NCBI GenBank assembly: GCA_965203515.1
Contig: OZ241907.1
Span: forward strand, 1,664,001-1,728,000
From: Spirochaetia bacterium
GTDB lineage: Bacteria > Spirochaetota > Spirochaetia > SZUA-6 > Bin103
Length of the DNA: 64,000 nucleotides
Reading direction: 5' to 3'
A program made the position numbers and the translations under genes. Positions 1 through 7,010 of the stretch are shown piece by piece. The notes below the pieces were generated by a model. That model had not been told where the DNA came from and made no database searches. It saw only the letters and a list, made by a program, of their open reading frames with translations. Each line of letters starts with the position of its first letter. Positions within the stretch are counted from its first letter, which is position 1.

Positions 1-1701
1 AAGCAGGATATTCGGTCGGACTCCGTCGCCGATCCACTCCTTGGAATAGCCGTGAACAAGACGGCTGACCTTGGCAACGCCTTGGCGCCATGGAAGCCGG
101 ATGCCGAGTGTCCCGTGCACTTGTTGGCACGGCAAGCGATCGGCATGGCGTGGGATTTCTGCGAATCGGTGCCTCCCGGTGATTCGAGCGGATCGTTCGC
201 CAGCGCATACCGGCGAAGCGCGGACGCTCTCGACTCGGTTCGGGCCGACTTGAACGGCGTCGGGCAGACTCAACCGGCCGACGCTACCGACCATCCCCTC
301 CCCGACGAGTCTGCTTCGGTCTGGTTTACCGATCCTCCCTACTATGACGCCGTTCCCTATGCCGACCTCTCCGACTTCTTCCTCGTCTGGCTCAAGCGCA
401 CGTTGCCCGGACATCCGCTCCTGCGGGACCCGTTCGACGCAGATAATCCCTTGTCTCCCAAGACGCGCGAGGCGGTGCAGGACGAGACCAAACGGCAGGA
501 TGGCCGCCCGAAGGACCGCCGGTGGTTCGAGGAGACGATGGCAAGAGCGTTCGCCGAGGGACGCCGCATGCTCGCCGAACACGGCGTCGGCTCCGTCGTC
601 TTCGCGCACAAGACCACCGAAGGCTGGGAGGCGCTGCTGGCCGGCATGATCCGCGGCGGCTGGACCATCACCGGCTCCTGGCCGATCGCAACCGAACTGG
701 GCACCCGGCTGCGGGCGCGCGATTCCGCCGCGCTGGCCACCAGCATCCACCTGATCTGCCGGCCGCGGCCGGCCAACGCCCCGGTCGGCGATTGGGCCGA
801 CGTGCTGCGCGCGCTGCCGGTGCGCGTCGCCGAGTGGATGGCGCGCCTGCAGGGCGAGGGCGTGCGCGGCGCCGACCTGGTGTTCGCCTGCATCGGCCCG
901 GCGCTCGAACTCTACAGCCGCTACCGCGCGGTCGAGACCGCCACCGGGCGCACGGTCAGCCTGCCGGAGTACCTGGAGAAGGTGTGGGAGGTGGTCGGCC
1001 GCGCCGCGCTCGAAACCGTGCTCGGCGCCGCCGAAGCCCGCGCCCGCAACGGCATGACCGGCGCGCTGGAAGAAGACGCGCGCCTCACGGCGCTGTTCCT
1101 CTGGACGCTGCAGACCACCGACGCCGGTGCCGCCGGCGACCGTACCGACTTGGAAGACGACGAGGAAGAAGCGGACGCCGCCTGGAGCCTCAACCTGCCG
1201 TTCGACGTGGTGCGCCGCTTCGCGCAGCCGATGGGCATCGACCTGGAGCGCTGGACCGGCCGCGTCATCGCCCAGGCCAAGGGCGTGGTGCGGCTGCTGC
1301 CGGTGGCCGAGCGCGCCAAGGACCTGTTGGGCGACGCCGGCGCCGGCGCCGCCGCCGACTGGATCGAGGCCGACCCGGCCGCCGGCCTGCAGCGCTCGCT
1401 GTTCCCGGAGTGGGACCGCGCGCCCCGCACCGGCGCTCGCCGGCGCCGCCGGGCCGGAATCCTGGACGGCGACGTCGAGCTGCGGGCGGTGGCGGCCACC
1501 ACGCTCGACCGCGTGCACGCCGCCATGCTGCTGCAGGCGAACGGCCACGCCAATGCGTTGCGAGCGCTGCTCAAGGCCGAGCACGAGCGCGGCCCCGACT
1601 TCCTGCGCCTGGCCAACGCCCTGTCGGCGCTCTACCCGCGCGGCGCCCGCGAGAAGCGCCTGCTCGACGCCATGCTGTTGGCAGCCCCAAGGTCAAGGTA
1701 G
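1..1701 (+). CDS. DUF1156-family adenine-specific DNA methyltransferase (5' truncated by window edge)
   Basis: Frame open from base 1; motif IV FTDPPYYDAVPYADLSDFF, FAHKTTEGWEALL, SWPIATE, GADLVFACIGPALE typical of DUF1156 methylases. Confidence 0.88.
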   Translation, partial: KQDIRSDSVADPLLGIAVNKTADLGNALAPWKPDAECPVHLLARQAIGMAWDFCESVPPGDSSGSFASAYRRSADALDSVRADLNGVGQTQPADATDHPLPDESASVWFTDPPYYDAVPYADLSDFFLVWLKRTLPGHPLLRDPFDADNPLSPKTREAVQDETKRQDGRPKDRRWFEETMARAFAEGRRMLAEHGVGSVVFAHKTTEGWEALLAGMIRGGWTITGSWPIATELGTRLRARDSAALATSIHLICRPRPANAPVGDWADVLRALPVRVAEWMARLQGEGVRGADLVFACIGPALELYSRYRAVETATGRTVSLPEYLEKVWEVVGRAALETVLGAAEARARNGMTGALEEDARLTALFLWTLQTTDAGAAGDRTDLEDDEEEADAAWSLNLPFDVVRRFAQPMGIDLERWTGRVIAQAKGVVRLLPVAERAKDLLGDAGAGAAADWIEADPAAGLQRSLFPEWDRAPRTGARRRRRAGILDGDVELRAVAATTLDRVHAAMLLQANGHANALRALLKAEHERGPDFLRLANALSALYPRGAREKRLLDAMLLAAPRSR

Positions 1702-1711
1702 GATTCGATCT

Positions 1712-2429
1712 TCAGAATGGGACCTCGACAGAGGCGATTCGTGTTGGCATTTCTGCGATAATATCCGGCATGTTTCGATCGCTCAGAACCTCAGCACCAT
1801 AGTCCATGAGCTTCCGAACCCAAGAAATATCGGTCGACGTGACTGCTGATTCGAGAAAGAACAAAGGTCGGCCAAGACGGATCGCTTCCCACCCCTGATG
1901 TCTGGTCCCGCTGTTCGGACCCGCTTCCACGATTATCGTCGCTACTGACAGGAGCGCCATCGTCCGGTTGCGTATCGTAAAGTTCATCTTCTGAACCGGC
2001 GCTCCCGGCAAGAATTGGGTGACCGCCAGATGATCGCGGATGATCCGCTGTTGCAGCTTGGAGTTTCCGGGTGGCGCTACGCGGTCCAACGGCGTGGCGA
2101 GCACCGCAACCGTACGACCTCCGTAGTCCATCGCCGTTTCGTGCGCGACCGTATCGATCCCCCGAGCCAAACCACTCACTACGACGATATCGCGCCGGGT
2201 CAGTTCCCGGGCAAGTCGGCGAGCCCGACGAATCCCCTCGGGGGATGCCGACCGTGAACCGACCACCGAAACCAGGGTTACCCAACTCGAAGATCGATGC
2301 ATCACCACCGATCCAGAGGCGCTCAGGCGCGTGCTTCCGTTCCATCTCATTGAGCGGACCGATCAAATCTTCGACCTTCACGACCGCGATCTCCGAACCG
2401 TCAGACACCGCACACCTCGTCATCGCCAT
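1712..2429 (-). pseudogene. DprA/Smf (SLOG) family protein, split by a 1-bp frameshift near 2272-2280
   Basis: N-terminus (LIGPLNEMERKHAPERLWIGGD) is in one frame; VSVVGSRSAS, VVSGLARGIDTVAH, RNRTMALLSVATIIVEAG are in another. Confidence 0.8.
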
Positions 2430-2430
2430 C

Positions 2431-4398
2431 TCACCTGGTACGCGTCGAGCGCCAGCGCCGGAACGCTGCGGCGAATCGCTCTTCGTCCGGTTGCAGCGCC
2501 ATCGCCTGCCGGTAGGCGTGCGCTACGCCGCTCTCCGGTTCGCGGAGCCAAGCCAGCGCCCCGGCCAGATCGAACCAGCACCCCGCCTTCCGCAACGGAT
2601 CGTCCGTGAGCGGTATCGCTCGGCGCAGCAACTCCGCTGCCTGCCGGTTGAGTCGTTTCCTGGCAGGCTGGTCGCGATGGCGGGCGGCGCGAGCAAGGGC
2701 GATCTTCGTCCGGGCGAACTCGTGCACGACCTTGGGATCGTCGCTCGCGCGTGCGTAGAGTTCCTCGAACAGACGATGAGCCGCACGGTAGTCTCCGGCT
2801 CGCTTGCTCAGAATCGCGGCTTCGAGCAGGTCGTCATGTCCACCTCCGGCCGACACCCGGCCCAACCAAGTGCGCGCTTCGTCTCTCCGCCCCCGGTTCA
2901 GCAAGGCTGTGGCATAGCGCAGATAGGGTTGAGATTCCTCGGTACGATGCTCGGCCGAGTCGAAACGCTCCAAATACGCCTTGGCGAGCCGGAGGTCGTC
3001 CAAGGCCGCCGCGTACTCGATGAGCTGTCCGGCGACCGCACCGGAGCCCGGCTGATCGTCCGCCGCGCGCGCCAGATGGGCGACGGCTTCGCGGCGTTTG
3101 CCGGTGGCCCACAGCATGGCGCTCTCACGAAGCGCGTGGATCACCCGGTAGCGCGGATGAACCGGCAGGATCACCCGGAAGTAGGTACGCGCGCCGTCGA
3201 AATCGAAGCGCGGCTCCGGGGACCCGCTCTCCCGCATGTGCCGGCGTATCTTCGGCACGCCGGTGCCTCTCGACTCGGCGAGTTTGAGCTCCTTCAGGAA
3301 GCCCCCTATCCGCCGGTTCCGCGCCGGCACGGCCGGCACCGCGCCGCCGCCATCGAAATGGAATAGTTCAACGCCGCGTACAGGTCCGGGGTAACTGGTG
3401 ATCTCCATCCGGTCCGGATAGACGTAGACCTTGGTCGGCTCGACCTCCTCATAGGACCGGTGATATACGGCGTTTACGACCGCTTCCCGTATCGCCTCGT
3501 ACGGATAGGTCACCATCCGGTCGACTTCCGCTCTACCCGGCACCTTCTCGATGATCGTACTGCCAAGAGACTCCATATAGCTCAAGGTTTGTCTGACCTG
3601 ATGGTGGAGCGGCCCCCGAATCGTCCGCTCCTCGATGAGGTCGCCGCCGGCGTCATCGGCAAATTGCACGACGTCGATCTGCGCTCCGGGAAACACCTGG
3701 TGCGGATCATCGGTGAAGAACAGAAGGGCGACGTTCCTCGGCGCCTCGTGAGCGTTCAGAGGAGAGGTGAGCTGCATCCGCGAATAGACGCCGCGGCTGA
3801 ACGGAATGGTTCGGCCTATCTCGCTGCCGATATCGGCCAAGAACCGCTTGACCAATCGTTCCGATACGTCGTCCAATACCACGGCCCTGTTGATGCGGTC
3901 ATCGAACGGAATCTTCGCCGCTTGTTCGAACAGTTGAGCACGCGCTCCCTTCGCTTCTACGGTCTCCGAGCCTTCCCGGACATAGTACGCTCGATCGCTG
4001 CCCGCTGCCGTCCTCGGAGCTTCGTAGGGGCGGTTGTCGCCGCCCGGAGCCCAGATCACCAGAACGGGGCGGTCTTCATAGGTGGCCGGAAAAAGAATCG
4101 GGTGATAGAACGGATTGATCCGGTTGCATTGGCCGAGAATCTCTCTCTGCAATCTGTCCGGGTTGGCCTCTCCCAGGCCGCGCGGCGGAAGCACCGGATT
4201 GCCTCTGCCGTCGGTCTCGACCCCCAGAATCACGTATCCGCCATTCAGGTTCAACAGGTCGTTCGCGAAGGCGCAGACCGTGCGGACCACCGACGCCTGC
4301 GTGGCCGGGTTCCAGACCGCCTTGAACTCCCGCCGATTGTCCTCTACGGACCGGGCATGGATCAGGTCGTCGAGACCGACCGGAAGACCGCTTTCCAT
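2431..4398 (-). CDS. Schlafen/AlbA_2 domain + HATPase_c_4 (RecG-C-like) + C-terminal TPR-like protein
   Basis: VEDNRREFKA and CAFAND..GGYVILGVE (AlbA_2); REAVVNAVYHRSY, RNRRIGGFLKELKLAESRGTG (HATPase_c_4); Ala-rich helical repeats at the C-terminus. Start could be 4461. Confidence 0.8.
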   Translation of the reverse strand: MESGLPVGLDDLIHARSVEDNRREFKAVWNPATQASVVRTVCAFANDLLNLNGGYVILGVETDGRGNPVLPPRGLGEANPDRLQREILGQCNRINPFYHPILFPATYEDRPVLVIWAPGGDNRPYEAPRTAAGSDRAYYVREGSETVEAKGARAQLFEQAAKIPFDDRINRAVVLDDVSERLVKRFLADIGSEIGRTIPFSRGVYSRMQLTSPLNAHEAPRNVALLFFTDDPHQVFPGAQIDVVQFADDAGGDLIEERTIRGPLHHQVRQTLSYMESLGSTIIEKVPGRAEVDRMVTYPYEAIREAVVNAVYHRSYEEVEPTKVYVYPDRMEITSYPGPVRGVELFHFDGGGAVPAVPARNRRIGGFLKELKLAESRGTGVPKIRRHMRESGSPEPRFDFDGARTYFRVILPVHPRYRVIHALRESAMLWATGKRREAVAHLARAADDQPGSGAVAGQLIEYAAALDDLRLAKAYLERFDSAEHRTEESQPYLRYATALLNRGRRDEARTWLGRVSAGGGHDDLLEAAILSKRAGDYRAAHRLFEELYARASDDPKVVHEFARTKIALARAARHRDQPARKRLNRQAAELLRRAIPLTDDPLRKAGCWFDLAGALAWLREPESGVAHAYRQAMALQPDEERFAAAFRRWRSTRTR

Positions 4399-4617
4399 CG
4401 CTACCGTTTCGTGCCCACTCCTGTCGCGGCGTATCGTGCCGGAAACGATGCTACCATACATCGCGTCCGCGCACTACCCACCGCCACCGACCGCAGGCGC
4501 CGCCGGGCGGCATCCTGGACGGGGCTCCGAAGGCGTCTCAGCGCGGCGGTGCGGCTGCGCGCGCCCTTGAAGCTACCCCACGAGTAGTTGCGGATGGGTT
4601 GCGGTGTTCGATCGAAT

Positions 4618-4633
4618 GGACTAATGTTGGTCC
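4618..4633. promoter_or_regulatory. Imperfect palindrome GGACTAA-TG-TTGGTCC, probable antitoxin operator
   Basis: Inverted repeat with one mismatch directly before the phd gene. Confidence 0.4.
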
Positions 4634-4873
4634 ATCGAAATCCACAATATCCATGATGCCAAGACCAACTTCTCCCGGTTGGTGGAACATGTCCGGCGCG
4701 GGGAAGAGATCATCATCGGCAGGGCGGGCCGCCCGGTAGCCAAGTTGGTGCCCTTCGATCGGACCGGCGCGCCCCGGCGCGGGGGCCAATGGCGCGGGCG
4801 GGTGCGGATCGCCGCCGATTTCGATGCCCTGCCGGCTGATATCGCGGACGCATTCGGGGCCGCCGGCGACTGA
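4634..4873 (+). CDS. Phd/YefM-family antitoxin (expected start codon reads ATC)
   Basis: Frame reads IEIHNIHDAKTNFSRLVEHVRRGEEIIIGRAGRPVAKLVP; in-frame TAA at 4622; no ATG. Confidence 0.8.
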   Translation: MEIHNIHDAKTNFSRLVEHVRRGEEIIIGRAGRPVAKLVPFDRTGAPRRGGQWRGRVRIAADFDALPADIADAFGAAGD

Positions 4874-4874
4874 C

Positions 4875-4913
4875 GTGCTGCTGCTCGATACTCACATCCC
4901 ACTCGGTGGCTTG
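4875..4913 (+). pseudogene. Remnant of VapC PIN toxin N-terminus
   Basis: GTG CTG CTG CTC GAT ACT CAC ATC = VLLLDTHI right after the antitoxin stop; a 1-nt shift restores LWWL; the rest of the gene is absent. Confidence 0.65.
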
Positions 4914-4926
4914 AATGGAGGACGAC

Positions 4927-5157
4927 ATGACGACTGACTCGGAATTACTCGGACGGATTACGGTGCGCACCGACGTGTTCGGCGGCAAGCCGATCATCCG
5001 CGACATGCGCATGGCAGTGGAACACGTCCTGGGGAAGCTTGCGGCAGGAGACACCGCAGAGACCATTCTCAGGGAGTATCCATTCCTGGAACCTGAAGAC
5101 ATACAGGCGTGTCTTCTGTTTGCCCATCGATCACTGTACGGCGAGCACGTGACATAA
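4927..5157 (+). CDS. DUF433 domain protein (antitoxin-like)
   Basis: RITVRTDVFGGKPIIRDMRMAVEHVL...EYPFLEPEDIQACLLFA; GGAGG RBS at 4917-4921. Confidence 0.88.
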   Translation: MTTDSELLGRITVRTDVFGGKPIIRDMRMAVEHVLGKLAAGDTAETILREYPFLEPEDIQACLLFAHRSLYGEHVT

Positions 5158-6398
5158 TGCTCAACCGATTGACCGTCCGCGGCTTCAAGTCGCTGCGCGA
5201 CGTCAGCGTCGATCTGCCGCGGCTGGCCGTGCTGTTCGGGCCCAATGCCGTGGGCAAGAGCAATCTGCTGGACGCCGTCCAGGCCCTCTCCTGGATGGGT
5301 AACTCGCGCACTTTGTATGACGCGCTTGGCGGTCCGCTGCCGGTACGCGGATACTCCTTCGAAGCCTTCTCCATCGGTCCCGACGGGCTGCCGGCGCTGC
5401 TGGAAAGAGGGTCTGCCCGATTCACGTTGGAGGCCGATCTCACCGCGGAGAAGGGCTGCTACCGCTATCGCATCGAGCCGGAGATGGACTTCAGATCGGG
5501 TCACCTGAGCGTTGCCGACGAATATCTGGCCCAACTGGGCGCTACCGGCCAACCCAAGGGAACGGCTGCCATCGAGCGCGTAGGCGCCAACCTCCACATC
5601 CGCCGCAAGGGGAAACCGGCGCACCCGCGGCAGGAGCCGGTCGGCCAGAATCACTCCATCCTGTCCGATCAAAGCCTGAGCGGCACCGGGTATCCCTGGC
5701 TGGAGCACACTCGGACGGAACTGCTGAACTGGCGCACCTACTACTTCGAGCCGCGGATAGGGATGCGCGCGGAACAGTCGCCGGCGGACGTGTTCGACAT
5801 CGGCATTCACGGAGAGTACGTCGCCGCGTTCCTCTACAAGCTCCGCGCCGAGCACCGCAAGCATTTCGATGCCGTCTCGCGCACCGTGCGCTCGATCGTA
5901 CCGAGCATCGAGTCGTTGAGCGTCGATCTGGACCAGCGGCGCGGTACATTGAATCTGATGATCCGCCAGGCAGGCGTCGAATACTCCTCGCGCGTCTTGT
6001 CGGAAGGCACGCTCCGAGCGCTCGCGCTCTGCACGGTCGCGTTGAATCCCTGGAGCGGTTCTCTGCTGACCCTGGAGGAGCCGGAGAATGGCGTTCATCC
6101 GCGGCGGATCGAACTGATCGCTCGGCTTCTATTCTCGCTTGCCGAACGACGCCAGATCGTCGTCACCACCCACTCCCCGCTGTTTGTCGATGCGATGCTG
6201 AAGGTGAAAAACGAGCTGTCCGAGCCTGGCGACGTCCGCCTGTTCAATGTTCGCCTCGCTTCGCACGGGACCGTAATCGAGCCCTTCGACGTATCCGGTG
6301 CACTGTTCAAGGATGCGGAGATCGTCCGCGCCCTCGCCAGCCGGGCGGAAGACGGCATGTTCGAGAGCCTGGCCCTGCGTGGGTTGATAGATGAGTGA
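5157..6398 (+). CDS. ABC-type (AAA_21/OLD-like) ATPase
   Basis: GFKSL, Walker A GPNAVGKS, signature LSEGTLR, Walker B LEEPENGVHP, H-loop TTHSP; TAATG overlap with DUF433. Confidence 0.88.
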   Translation: MLNRLTVRGFKSLRDVSVDLPRLAVLFGPNAVGKSNLLDAVQALSWMGNSRTLYDALGGPLPVRGYSFEAFSIGPDGLPALLERGSARFTLEADLTAEKGCYRYRIEPEMDFRSGHLSVADEYLAQLGATGQPKGTAAIERVGANLHIRRKGKPAHPRQEPVGQNHSILSDQSLSGTGYPWLEHTRTELLNWRTYYFEPRIGMRAEQSPADVFDIGIHGEYVAAFLYKLRAEHRKHFDAVSRTVRSIVPSIESLSVDLDQRRGTLNLMIRQAGVEYSSRVLSEGTLRALALCTVALNPWSGSLLTLEEPENGVHPRRIELIARLLFSLAERRQIVVTTHSPLFVDAMLKVKNELSEPGDVRLFNVRLASHGTVIEPFDVSGALFKDAEIVRALASRAEDGMFESLALRGLIDE

Positions 6399-6999
6399 CC
6401 CGTTCGTGGTGGACATCTTCGTCGAAGACCGTGCTCACGAGGAGTTCGTCAAGCCGCTGCTGACGCGGCTCGCTCGAGAAGAGAACATCGACGTATGGCC
6501 GCGCGTACGTTCCGCGACCGGCGGGCACGGACGAGCGGTCACCGAATTTAAGCTCTACCAGCGTTTCGCGGCGCAGAGCGGATTGAGCAGCACTCCCGCC
6601 GATCTGGTGGTGGTCGCCATCGACGGCAACTGCTCAACGTTCGTAGATGCACGGAAGCGCTTGCGCGACGCCGCGGAGCCGACGTTGCGTGACCGGCTCG
6701 TCGTCGCGTGTCCCGATCCACACGTGGAACGATGGTACGTTGCGGACCCTCAGTCGTTCGAGAGTATCGTGGGTCATCGCCCCGTCGTTGGCATCAGGAA
6801 GTGCGCCCGTGACCATTACAAGAAAATCCTGATCTCCGCGATTTCACAGGGCGGCCACCCGGTCGCCCTCGGAGGGGTGGAGTTCGCGCCGGAGCTGGTA
6901 GAAGCCATGGACCTCTACCGGGCCGGCAGGAACGATTCGTCGCTCAAGGCGTTCCTCGACGACTTGCGCGCCATACTGCGGCGCCGGACAACACGATAA
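6391..6999 (+). CDS. DUF4276-like / TOPRIM-like partner of the ABC ATPase
   Basis: FVEDRAHE, VAIDGN, PHVERWY motifs; overlaps the ATPase stop. Confidence 0.6.
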   Translation: MSDPFVVDIFVEDRAHEEFVKPLLTRLAREENIDVWPRVRSATGGHGRAVTEFKLYQRFAAQSGLSSTPADLVVVAIDGNCSTFVDARKRLRDAAEPTLRDRLVVACPDPHVERWYVADPQSFESIVGHRPVVGIRKCARDHYKKILISAISQGGHPVALGGVEFAPELVEAMDLYRAGRNDSSLKAFLDDLRAILRRRTTR

Positions 7000-7010
7000 G
7001 GACTGGGAAT

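Noticed and set aside
522..1802. Long Arg/Ala/Pro-rich alternative-frame and antisense ORFs here and throughout (e.g. 6915-9800, 47634-50465)
   Set aside because: Shadows of real genes in high-GC DNA; no motifs, and they fully overlap well-supported CDSs
1712..2429. DprA-like gene as the housekeeping transformation dprA
   Set aside because: Short, lacks SAM and winged-helix extensions, frameshifted and located in a defence island
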